Positions 1 through 7,924 of a stretch of DNA of 32,000 nucleotides are shown here, in pieces. This stretch comes from an uncultured archaeon (GTDB taxonomy: Archaea; Iainarchaeota; Iainarchaeia; Iainarchaeales; CSSED10-239): the NCBI GenBank assembly GCA_964591795.1, contig CAZQEL010000001.1, forward strand, positions 30,001 through 62,000. Direction: 5' to 3'. The notes beneath the pieces were generated by a model. It made no database searches. It was not told the origin of the DNA and was given only the letters and a program-made list of their open reading frames with translations. How positions within the stretch are numbered: the first letter of the stretch is position 1; the number at the start of each line of letters is the position of its first letter. A program made the translations under genes and the position numbers.

Positions 1-256
1 TAAGTCTATTTTTAATATAGTCTTTAGATAATTTTAATTTATTTTTATCAAAATTACCATAACTTTTTTTCAATAATTTAATTGTTTTTTCTTTAATAGT
101 ATAGAAATCTAATTCTGCATATATTTTTTTTAATTCAGAATGCAAAACAGAATTATAAGTTTTATTTTTAATAATAGATTTTTTTAATTTAATTTTAGAA
201 TTACTAAATAAATTTAGTTCTAATTGCTTTATATTAACTTTTTTTTTAGCAACCAT
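1..256 (-). CDS. hypothetical Lys/Asn-rich protein, N-terminal fragment (gene runs off the left window edge)
   Basis: Absent from the ORF track because it has no stop inside the window. ATG at 254-256 (minus) is followed by 85 stop-free codons down to position 1: MVAKKKVNIKQLELNLFSNSKIKLKKSIIKNKTYNSVLHSELKKIYAELDFYTIKEKTIKLLKKSYGNFDKNKLKLSKDYIKNRL. An open frame this long is unlikely by chance in DNA this AT-rich. No family recognised. Confidence 0.45.
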   Translation of the reverse strand, partial: MVAKKKVNIKQLELNLFSNSKIKLKKSIIKNKTYNSVLHSELKKIYAELDFYTIKEKTIKLLKKSYGNFDKNKLKLSKDYIKNRL

Positions 257-286
257 ATAAATCAAATTTTATTGAAAATGAAAAAG

Positions 287-360
287 TGGGACTGCCCCGA
301 TTTGAACGGGGGTCGTAAGCTCCCAAAGCTTAAATGCTAACCAGGCTACACCACAGCCCC
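287..360 (-). tRNA. tRNA-Pro (anticodon UGG)
   Basis: Reverse complement reads GGGGCTGTGGTGTAGCCTGGTTAGCATTTAAGCTTTGGGAGCTTACGACCCCCGTTCAAATCGGGGCAGTCCCA. Acceptor GGGGCTG/CAGTCCC has 7 bp including one G-U. Anticodon stem is TAAGC/GCTTA with loop TTTGGGA, giving TGG. T arm is CCCCG-TTCAAAT-CGGGG. Discriminator is A and no CCA is encoded. Confidence 0.9.
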
Positions 361-374
361 AATATTTTCTGTAG

Positions 375-386
375 TATAAATATATA
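375..386 (-). promoter_or_regulatory. TATA-box-like element upstream of tRNA-Pro
   Basis: In the transcribed orientation TATATATTTATA lies about 15-26 nt upstream of the mature tRNA 5' end. This fits an archaeal TATA box only if the leader is short. TATA-like strings are common in this AT-rich DNA, so specificity is low. Confidence 0.25.
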
Positions 387-466
387 GAAACAATAGGTTT
401 ATAAATAAATATATTTTTATTCAAAATACATTACAAAATTAAAGTTTAATAAAATTAATTTGTACT

Positions 467-1600
467 TTAATTTAAATACCATAAATTCCAATATTTATTA
501 AAATAAGTTGAATATTTATTAGCAACATCTTTATCATAAACAATAACTAATGATTCATCATTGTTACTCACACCATTATTTGATAAGTTCATAGACCCAG
601 TAATAATTATTGAATTATCAATAACACAAAACTTATTATGCATACTATTTGGATTTTTATCTAAAATAACTGGAATGTTGTTATTTATAAAATTATTATA
701 CTGAGAATAAGTATTAATATTTCTTTTTTCTAAAATATATTTTTGATCTATTTTTTTATTTTTAATAATATCAAAAAATTCATTTAAGGTAAAACTAAAA
801 TACATGCATTCAAGTGAATAATTTGCATCATCAATAATATCTAACAAATGATATAAACAATTATCTTCAGGACAAAAATAACTTTCAACATTTCCAAAAG
901 TTTTAATATCAATTGAATTAATTAATTCTGGAGAAAAAATCCCATTGAAAAAAGAATCTATCTTTTTGGTATAATCTTTAGCAAGTTCTTTATCTTGGAA
1001 AACAATTACATTATTATTGTTTTTATAATTTCCATTTAAAGTAAAATTCATGGACCCAACCCAAACTATTTTTTCATCAAAAACACAAAATTTATTATGC
1101 ATATATGATGATTCTGAATCGTTTGTAATTACAGATACATTTGAGTCTTTTAAAACACCAATCATTGATTCTTTTGCTTGTAGTCTTCCATAGTCAGAAA
1201 CAAATCTAACCTTTAAACCTTCTTGTGATTTTAAAATTAAAGAATCAGTTACAGTTTGTAAAGAAAGATCGTAAACCGCACAATCAATTGTTTTTTTAGA
1301 ACTATCAATTAAAGTTATTAATTCATCCAGACAATTATCTTCAGGACAAAAGTAAACCTGGGAAGAAATATTTCTATCAGATGAACCATATAAAACTCTT
1401 GATTTAATTGAATCATAGGAATTTAAAGTACCATTTACAAAGTTACCATCTGTAACACTTTCATAGGTATTGTCTAACTTATCAACAGTTTTATCAGCAA
1501 GTCCATCAAGTCCAAGTTTATCTGTTGAAAAATAGGATGTTGCAACTAAAAATATTACAACTCCAATTAAAATTAAAGTAATTATTTTTGTAAAATTCAT
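467..1600 (-). CDS. membrane-anchored phospholipase D-like protein with two HKD motifs (PLD/cardiolipin-synthase/Nuc superfamily)
   Basis: There are two HxK(x4)D(x6)GSxN motifs, HNKFCVFDEKIVWVGSMNFTLNG and HNKFCVIDNSIIITGSMNLSNNG. Each half is preceded by a duplicated YFCPEDNC...LI..ID motif. An N-terminal hydrophobic anchor (IITLILIGVVIFLVATSYF) is present. An AGGTG Shine-Dalgarno lies upstream of the ATG. Confidence 0.85.
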   Translation of the reverse strand: MNFTKIITLILIGVVIFLVATSYFSTDKLGLDGLADKTVDKLDNTYESVTDGNFVNGTLNSYDSIKSRVLYGSSDRNISSQVYFCPEDNCLDELITLIDSSKKTIDCAVYDLSLQTVTDSLILKSQEGLKVRFVSDYGRLQAKESMIGVLKDSNVSVITNDSESSYMHNKFCVFDEKIVWVGSMNFTLNGNYKNNNNVIVFQDKELAKDYTKKIDSFFNGIFSPELINSIDIKTFGNVESYFCPEDNCLYHLLDIIDDANYSLECMYFSFTLNEFFDIIKNKKIDQKYILEKRNINTYSQYNNFINNNIPVILDKNPNSMHNKFCVIDNSIIITGSMNLSNNGVSNNDESLVIVYDKDVANKYSTYFNKYWNLWYLN

Positions 1601-1623
1601 ATTATTTATAGCACCTAATATTT

Positions 1624-4305
1624 TTAATTAATTTTACCTTGAAAAAGGAAATTTCCTCCACCCTTAATTGTTTTTTTAAGTTTTTGCTCAAGTTCTTTTT
1701 TTACATCATCAATTGTTTTCAGTGAATTTTCACCCTTGAAAATAAACACATTACCATTATTATTATATATTGCAATAGTTTTGTCTTTTACTTTTTCAAC
1801 AGTTTGTAATTTTTTAAATATTTTTAATATTTCTTGAGAATCTAAATTAAACTTAGCAATAACAACCTTATCATGAGTATTAATAATATGATTACTTTCA
1901 TAGTCAGCAATTCTTTCTCTTAAAGAATTAATTTCTTTTCTTTGTTCTTTCCATTCTTTAAAAAAGTTATTTGCAGTTTTAAAAAGTTCAACTTTTGAAA
2001 TTGAAAATATTTTAGTAGTTTCATTTAATATGTTTTCATTTTCACGTATACTTTTTAATGCTGATTTATAAGTTGTAAAGAATATTCTTTCAACACCATC
2101 TTGAACTGATGTTCTTTTTAAAATTTTAAAAATACCTGCCTGAGAAGTATTAGTTAAATGTAAACCAGCACATGCTTGTACATCAACATTTAAAATATCT
2201 AATATTCTTAAACTATTACCTGGTATTGCACCACCTTGATAAAGACGAAAACCATGTTTTTTTTCAGCATCATCTTTTGATAGTTCATAATTATTAATTG
2301 GTATTCTATCAAAGATCCATGCGTTAACCTGATCTTCAATAAGTTTTATTTCATCATCAGTTATTGATTTATAGTGAGTTATATCTAAATGAGCTTCATT
2401 GACATCCTTAAATGCACCTGCTTGCCAAATATGATTACCTAATATTTTTCTACATGCAGCATTAAGAAGATGAGTAGAGGAATGTTGCGATCTTAGTTGT
2501 CTTTGTCTATCTATATCAACTAAACAAATTACAGTTTGTCCTACTTTAAATGAATATTTAGAATTATCTAAAAGATGTAATATTTTTCCTTCAAAATTAT
2601 ATACTTCCTTAACCTCAAAAACACCATCAATTGTTCCTTGATCATAGTTTTGTCCTCCACCTTGAGGATAAAATACAGTTTTATCTAAAACTATAAAATT
2701 TTTTGCAGAAAATATAACCTTCGAAGTACATTCTGTTTTTCCATCATAATATATTTTTTCAGTATTTTTAATTGCTTTTATAATTTCTTTATTTTCTTTT
2801 TCTAAAATTTTATTTAAAAAACCATCTTTCTTTTCTTTATCTTGTTTATTATCAATTGCAATTTTTGTGAAATAATCAGATGGTATATCTATATTTTTAT
2901 TAAGTTTTTTTGAAACTTGCTTTATTTGCTCAGCAGTAATTCCATCACTCTTATATAAAGTAACAAGCTCATCAGTATTTATTTTTTTCTCAGAAGAAAT
3001 TAAACTATTTAATTTTGTATTTGCTTTTTCTTTACTAATATTATATTTTCTTTCTTCTTCTAAAAAAACTTCAATTGTTGTTTTAAGTCCATTTTTTAAA
3101 GTTGAATCAAAATCTTTTAAAGACAAAACATGTATTTCAAATATTTTTGGAAAATCTAAATTAAAATTAAATTCTTTGTTTAAATCAAGAATTCTTCTTG
3201 CTAAAATTCTTAAATTATAACCTCCTCCAGAATTAGAAGGTAAAAGACCATCTGTTGAAGTATAAAGTAAAGTTTTAGTATGATCACAAATAGCGTATAA
3301 AGCATGAACAGGAGATAACTTTTCTAAAAGTTCTTTTTTTGAAAATCCTAAACTTTTTGAAATTTCATCATATTTTTTATTAATATCATCAATTTCATCA
3401 ATATTTAATTGACCTGAAATTTTATAGAATTTTTCTAAAAGATTATTATCAAATTTAACTTTAGTATATTTTTTTAAATAATCTAAAAGATCTTTAAAAG
3501 TTACATCATAACTTGTAGGAGTACCATTAGTATACCAAGCTAATCTTTCAAAACCAGCACCCATATCAATTACTGGTTTTTTTAATTGTTCATATTGTTT
3601 GTTTCCAAGATCTTGAAATTGCATAAAAACACAATTACCTAATTCAACACCATTTGCAAAATATTCCATTGAAGGACCAAAATATCCTCCGCCTTCCCAT
3701 ACATCTTCAAAAAACACTAGATCTTTTTCTTTAACTCCAATAATTTTAGTTAAATATTCAAAATCTAAACTTAATGCTTCGTTTTTCCAATATGGTTTCT
3801 TTGGATCTGTATTAAATGCATGTTGTCCAAACATTACAAAAGTAGTATAATGAGTTCCAGTAATACCTACATTTGTAAGATCACCAAATCTTATTGAAGT
3901 TTGTGGAACAATTAAAGGATCTGCAGGAGGTTTAACTTCTCCATTTACAACATATGGTTGAAAATCAATAATTGATGCGTTTGTAAAATAAAGATCATTT
4001 CTCCATCTAGGAATAACTGGATATCTTGGAATTGAAGTATGTCCATTATCTTCAAAGAATTTCTCTGTTTTTTTCCAAGTTTCAGTATAAGTATATCCTT
4101 TTGTTTTTTTACCTATAAAATCTCTTGATTGACAAGTAGATTCTGCACAAACATCTCGATTTGTATTTGTCCAAAATGGTTTTTTACAATTAGTACAAAT
4201 TTTTCTTTCATATCCAAGTTTAGTCAAAGCATCTACTTGATAATGCTCTTTCCAGTTTTTTTCAAACATTGACCTTACTTGTTTTTTAAGTTCTGTTTCT
4301 GCCAT
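1624..4305 (-). CDS. alaS: alanine--tRNA ligase, archaeal type
   Basis: 893 aa. The N-terminus (LGYERKICTNCKKPFWT...RYPVIPRWRNDLYFTNASIIDFQPYV...PQTSIRFGDLTNVG) is the archaeal AlaRS signature. Editing-domain motifs HSSTHLL and CAGLH are present. Length is typical for archaeal AlaRS. Confidence 0.97.
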   Translation of the reverse strand: MAETELKKQVRSMFEKNWKEHYQVDALTKLGYERKICTNCKKPFWTNTNRDVCAESTCQSRDFIGKKTKGYTYTETWKKTEKFFEDNGHTSIPRYPVIPRWRNDLYFTNASIIDFQPYVVNGEVKPPADPLIVPQTSIRFGDLTNVGITGTHYTTFVMFGQHAFNTDPKKPYWKNEALSLDFEYLTKIIGVKEKDLVFFEDVWEGGGYFGPSMEYFANGVELGNCVFMQFQDLGNKQYEQLKKPVIDMGAGFERLAWYTNGTPTSYDVTFKDLLDYLKKYTKVKFDNNLLEKFYKISGQLNIDEIDDINKKYDEISKSLGFSKKELLEKLSPVHALYAICDHTKTLLYTSTDGLLPSNSGGGYNLRILARRILDLNKEFNFNLDFPKIFEIHVLSLKDFDSTLKNGLKTTIEVFLEEERKYNISKEKANTKLNSLISSEKKINTDELVTLYKSDGITAEQIKQVSKKLNKNIDIPSDYFTKIAIDNKQDKEKKDGFLNKILEKENKEIIKAIKNTEKIYYDGKTECTSKVIFSAKNFIVLDKTVFYPQGGGQNYDQGTIDGVFEVKEVYNFEGKILHLLDNSKYSFKVGQTVICLVDIDRQRQLRSQHSSTHLLNAACRKILGNHIWQAGAFKDVNEAHLDITHYKSITDDEIKLIEDQVNAWIFDRIPINNYELSKDDAEKKHGFRLYQGGAIPGNSLRILDILNVDVQACAGLHLTNTSQAGIFKILKRTSVQDGVERIFFTTYKSALKSIRENENILNETTKIFSISKVELFKTANNFFKEWKEQRKEINSLRERIADYESNHIINTHDKVVIAKFNLDSQEILKIFKKLQTVEKVKDKTIAIYNNNGNVFIFKGENSLKTIDDVKKELEQKLKKTIKGGGNFLFQGKIN

Positions 4306-4372
4306 ATTAAAACCTATAAATATTATATTATATAAGAAGCATTAGTTTTAAAGAGTTATTGCTTTTAAACTT

Positions 4373-5311
4373 TTAAACAATACACAATGCTAAACTATAA
4401 GTATTATTTTCATCTGTTGAAATTTTTACTTTTGTAAAAAAGTTTGCTAATATCTTTTTAAATTCAGTTTTAGTATATTTATAAGAAATCCCAACTAAAA
4501 CTTGATCACCTTTTTTAAATTCAATAGTTTTATCAATATGTTTAATTAATTTATCTTTTAATACTGTGAAATACATTTCCATTCTAGAATTTCCAAATTT
4601 CACACTATATTGAACTTCACTTTCTTTAAAACCCATAAGTAACATAGGTTGTATCCAAAAATTTATCATTGCTTTATTATAATACGCTTTAATTAAGTCT
4701 TCAGTAACAGAACTTATAATTCCATTTCCAATAAGTAAAAAATCACCTTTCTTCATACTTCTTCTAATTGCTTCTAAAATATGATTATGATTAAAATTAC
4801 CCATAGTATTTCCTAAAAATAACATTAGATGATGCTTATAATTTGGATTTCTAAAAAGAGAGGTTACATTTTCTAAATTTTCAAAATCAGAAATATTCCA
4901 ATTAAATTCCAACACATCACCAATATTTAAAGCTCTAATAGTATCAGACGCAGTTTTTACCATATATGAACTTATATCAATAGGACAATATCTAACATTA
5001 AGATGCTTTGATAGTTCACCAATAAATAAGGATGCTTTTTTACCATTTCCACAGCCAACATCAATAACATTATAGGATTTTGCTTTCATTTTTGAAAGTA
5101 CAAAATCAAGATTATTTCTAATTAAATTAACTTCTGTGTTAGTTAAATATTTTTTATATTCAGGATCTTCTTCAACATCAAGGAAATTTTGAGATTGTTT
5201 AGCAGTAAGATACCATAATTTAGAGTCAGATAAATCCCATATTCTAGTTCTTCCTTCAAGTTTATAACCCCTTTTTATAATTTCATTAAATATTATATTA
5301 TTTACATTCAT
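4373..5311 (-). CDS. SAM-dependent methyltransferase, EgtD-like (histidine-specific methyltransferase / Methyltransf_33-type architecture)
   Basis: SAM motif I is VIDVGCGNGKK, followed by YCPIDIS, FLGNTMGNF, RMEMYF and a C-terminal ...YSLALC. Order and spacing match my memory of EgtD-family proteins. I moved the start to the ATG at 5309-5311. The track's GTG at 5318-5320 sits inside a GTGAT Shine-Dalgarno-like motif 4 nt upstream of that ATG. Confidence 0.7.
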   Translation of the reverse strand: MNVNNIIFNEIIKRGYKLEGRTRIWDLSDSKLWYLTAKQSQNFLDVEEDPEYKKYLTNTEVNLIRNNLDFVLSKMKAKSYNVIDVGCGNGKKASLFIGELSKHLNVRYCPIDISSYMVKTASDTIRALNIGDVLEFNWNISDFENLENVTSLFRNPNYKHHLMLFLGNTMGNFNHNHILEAIRRSMKKGDFLLIGNGIISSVTEDLIKAYYNKAMINFWIQPMLLMGFKESEVQYSVKFGNSRMEMYFTVLKDKLIKHIDKTIEFKKGDQVLVGISYKYTKTEFKKILANFFTKVKISTDENNTYSLALCIV

Positions 5312-5404
5312 AATAATCACAAAATCTATTAATTACTAATATATAATTACTTAACAATCTTATTATAAAGATATATTTTACTTAAAAAATAAAATTTTAA
5401 GTTA

Positions 5405-5743
5405 ATGAATTAACTATATAAAATTAGATTTAAAAATATTTGATTTTAAAATAATTAAGTCAATTGAGTTATTTACCTGTTGAGTCAATGAATCACCAAC
5501 TAATTTTTCCAATTGTTTTTTAAGCTTATAAATTTCAACTCCAAATGAAGTTGAATTATTCTTAAGTTCAAGCATAGATATTTTTTTATTTAATTTTTCA
5601 ATTTGAATTAAATTTTTAAAAAGTAAATCAATATTTTTAACCTTATTATTTAAAAAACTTATAAATATCCTTCGTTCAAATTTAATTTTAAAACTATTTT
5701 TTTCATTTTTTAGATTATTATATAACTCAGCATAAAATTCTTT
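5405..5743 (-). other. 113-codon stop-free continuation in the same frame as the upstream 101-aa ORF, separated from it only by one TAA
   Basis: Hand translation directly after the TAA at 5744-5746 gives KEFYAELYNNLKNEKNSFKIKFERRIFISFLNNKVKNIDLLFKNLIQIEKLNKKISMLELKNNSTSFGVEIYKLKKQLEKLVGDSLTQQVNNSIDLIILKSNIFKSNFYIVIH, ending at a stop at 5402-5404. The first ATG is at 5573-5575, leaving only 57 aa. That is why nothing appears here in the ORF track. Confidence 0.5.
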
Positions 5744-6049
5744 TTATTTACTTAAACTATTTACAAATGAAAAAATTTGTTTCTGTTGAGTCAAACCACC
5801 TAACTTACTTAATATCTTCTCTTTAGTTTTAAATAAATATTCTTTTTTTGTAGTTCCTTGTTTAGAATAAAAAAAATCTATACTTTTTGTAAGTTTTTCT
5901 CTAAATGGTTTTCCAAGCTTTATATTTTTATTTATATATTCAATATTAAGTTCTTTTTTTAAATGAGGCATAAATCTATTAATAGCCCTACTTGTTTCAT
6001 ATGTAATACCATTAATAATTATTGGTTTAATATTTCCTTTTGGAGCCAT
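5744..6049 (-). CDS. hypothetical basic protein (101 aa), possibly the N-terminal half of an interrupted ~214-aa gene
   Basis: ORF-track ORF with an ATG start. Lys-rich and no recognisable family. See the in-frame continuation at 5405-5743. Confidence 0.6.
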   Translation of the reverse strand: MAPKGNIKPIIINGITYETSRAINRFMPHLKKELNIEYINKNIKLGKPFREKLTKSIDFFYSKQGTTKKEYLFKTKEKILSKLGGLTQQKQIFSFVNSLSK

Positions 6050-6085
6050 AATTTCTCAATTTATATATATTTTAAAGATTTTATT

Positions 6086-7387
6086 TTAAAATGATAAAAA
6101 AGTAATGTTTTCAAAAGATATTTTATCTTCTTTACCTGTTTTTATATTTTTTATTGAAATAATTTTTTCTTTAATTTCATTTTCTCCTAAAAAACCAACA
6201 TAGGTAATTCCTAATTTATCTGCATACTCAATATTCTTACCAATTGATCTTTTTAAAAGATCTATTGAAACATTCATACCATTCATTCTAAGTTTTTGAA
6301 CAATTTTTATTGAATCTTTAATTGTGTCCCCTATAGGAATTACAAAAAGATCAGCAGTTGTTTTTTTATCCATTCCATCTCTTTTCTTAATAATTTCCAT
6401 AATTGGCTCAAGACCGAATGCAACACCCACAGCAGGATAACTTTTTGAATCATCTTGTAAGTATTTACTAATCATTTCATCCCATCTACCACCACCAGCA
6501 ATTGAAGAAGACATAATTTTTTTATCTTTTAAAAATACTTCAAAAATAGGCCCTGTATAATACCCTAAACCTCTAGCAAGAGAAGGTAAAAACATATATG
6601 AAACATCATAATATTCTAAATATTTGAAAAGTTCTTGTAATGATTTGATTCCTTCAGTTTCCCCAATGGTTTTACCTATAGCTTCAAGCTTTTCTTGGTT
6701 AGTTCCTGATACTAATAGTAAATTTAACAACAAATCGATTGTTTTTTCATCAAGTCCTTTTGAATAAAGCTCGTTTTTAACCCCTTCAAAGCCTGTTTTC
6801 TTAAGCTTATCAATGGTTATTATTACTGATGTTTGTATTTCTTTATTAATTTTATAAAAATCAAGAATTTCCTCTAAAAGACGCCTATCATTGATTTCAA
6901 TATTTACTTCTAAATTAAGCTCTTTAAACACAAAATCAATTAATGAAATTATCTCTGAATCTGAAGAAACTTCCTTAACTCCAATAATATCTACATCACA
7001 TTGATAAAATTCTCTATATCTTCCAGCCTTTATAGGCCCATCTCTAAAAACCGGACCTATTTGATATCTTTTAAATGGAAGTCTTATTTGTGGGTTTTCA
7101 CCAATAAATCTTGCAAGAGCAAATGTAAATTCATACCTTAATCCTAGTGATCTTTCACCTTGGTCTTTAAATCTATATATTTCAGAAATTGCATCTGAAT
7201 TTTCTCCAGCTCCAAACTTTGCTTCTAAAATTTCTAATTTTTCAACAGTTGGTGTTTCCAAAGGAGAAAAACCATAATTTTCAAATATATTTTTAATTTT
7301 AAAAATAATCTTATCTCTAAGTATCTTTTCTTCAGGTGCAAAATCTCTAAATCCTTTTGCAGTTTCAAGTATCATTTTTTCAACCAT
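6086..7387 (-). CDS. hisS: histidine--tRNA ligase (class II)
   Basis: Class II motifs are present: GFRDFAPEE near the N-terminus, motif 2 (FRDGPIKAGRYREFYQCDVDIIG), motif 3 region (GGGRWDEMI...PAVGVAFGLE) and a C-terminal anticodon-binding domain. The start was trimmed to the ATG at 7385-7387 (MVEKMILETAKGFRDF). The first 48 codons of the track ORF (6086..7531, GTG start) are tRNA-His plus spacer read as protein. Confidence 0.95.
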   Translation of the reverse strand: MVEKMILETAKGFRDFAPEEKILRDKIIFKIKNIFENYGFSPLETPTVEKLEILEAKFGAGENSDAISEIYRFKDQGERSLGLRYEFTFALARFIGENPQIRLPFKRYQIGPVFRDGPIKAGRYREFYQCDVDIIGVKEVSSDSEIISLIDFVFKELNLEVNIEINDRRLLEEILDFYKINKEIQTSVIITIDKLKKTGFEGVKNELYSKGLDEKTIDLLLNLLLVSGTNQEKLEAIGKTIGETEGIKSLQELFKYLEYYDVSYMFLPSLARGLGYYTGPIFEVFLKDKKIMSSSIAGGGRWDEMISKYLQDDSKSYPAVGVAFGLEPIMEIIKKRDGMDKKTTADLFVIPIGDTIKDSIKIVQKLRMNGMNVSIDLLKRSIGKNIEYADKLGITYVGFLGENEIKEKIISIKNIKTGKEDKISFENITFLSF

Positions 7388-7473
7388 ATTTTCTCTTTTC
7401 CTATATTTATTTAGTTTATAATAATATATAAAAACTAATGCTTTTTTTAAAAAATAATAATTTATAATTAAAG

Positions 7474-7546
7474 GGTCAAAACCGGGATTCGAACCCGGGC
7501 CAGGAGCTCCACAGGCTCCTATGCTAACCACTACACTACAATGACC
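7474..7546 (-). tRNA. tRNA-His (anticodon GUG) with genome-encoded G-1
   Basis: Reverse complement reads G-GTCATTGTAGTGTAGTGGTTAGCATAGGAGCCTGTGGAGCTCCTGGCCCGGGTTCGAATCCCGGTTTTGAC-C. Anticodon stem is GGAGC/GCTCC with loop CTGTGGA, giving GTG. T arm is CCGGG-TTCGAAT-CCCGG. The extra 5' G opposite C73 is the His identity element. The acceptor stem contains two U-U oppositions (see findings). Confidence 0.85.
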
Positions 7547-7547
7547 A

Positions 7548-7712
7548 TTATATAAACTGTAATAATATATATTTTTTTTTAACTGTAATATCTACAAAAT
7601 CAGAAATACCAATAGATTTTCTAACACTTATAGGTATTAAAAGTCTGTTTTTCTTATCAGAAGAAACAATTATTTTAGAATTAGTAATGATGGGGAGAAT
7701 TAAAAACTGGAC
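7548..7712 (-). other. second SpoVT/AbrB-like half-domain, open frame without a canonical start, shifted +1 relative to the 7681..7821 ORF
   Basis: Hand translation gives VQFLILPIITNSKIIVSSDKKNRLLIPISVRKSIGISDFVDITVKKKYILLQFI, with its stop at 7548-7550. DKKNRLLIPISVRKSIGI resembles the D-x-x-G/N-R-hydrophobic-x-I-P...R...G core of AbrB/MazE/MraZ swapped-hairpin domains. There is no ATG, GTG or TTG in the frame. Confidence 0.3.
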
Positions 7713-7821
7713 TTAAAGTTATAGTTGACTCGTTTAAGTCATAGTTAAGTATATAGTTTTTGTTATTGAAAACTTTCTTTGAAAGAAAGAATCTTCCTCT
7801 ATCATCTATTTTTGTTATCAT
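7681..7821 (-). CDS. small SpoVT/AbrB-like DNA-binding protein (46 aa), below the ORF-track size cutoff
   Basis: The ATG at 7819-7821 opens MITKIDDRGRFFLSKKVFNNKNYILNYDLNESTITLSPVFNSPHHY. KIDDRGRFFLSKKVF followed by a short I-T-L-S-P strand resembles the AbrB/MraZ motif (compare LDSKGRLSVP in MraZ). The assignment is from motif memory only. Confidence 0.4.
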   Translation of the reverse strand: MITKIDDRGRFFLSKKVFNNKNYILNYDLNESTITLSPVFNSPHHY

Positions 7822-7913
7822 ATTAAATCACATTTTATTAATAAAGAACAGTTTTCTTGTTCTTCTATATATAATTTATATATACAAAACATTTTAAAAG
7901 AACATGTGGGGAG

Positions 7914-7924
7914 AAAAAAAAAAA
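7914..7924 (-). terminator. oligo-T tract (T11 on the transcribed strand) immediately after the serpin-1 stop codon
   Basis: The plus strand shows an A11 run at 7914-7924 abutting the TAA at 7925-7927. Oligo-T tracts are the usual archaeal termination signal. Confidence 0.4.

Noticed and set aside
4306-4372. Imperfect inverted repeat GTTTTAAAG...CTTTTAAAC between the methyltransferase and alaS
   Set aside because: The arms are not truly complementary (one-base register error) and are AT-only. This is indistinguishable from background in this composition.
7388-7531. N-terminal 48 codons of the ORF-track hisS ORF (GTG start at 7531)
   Set aside because: The translated stretch MVSIGACGAPGPGSNPGFDP is the tRNA-His gene read as protein. 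The HisRS homology begins at the ATG at 7385-7387.
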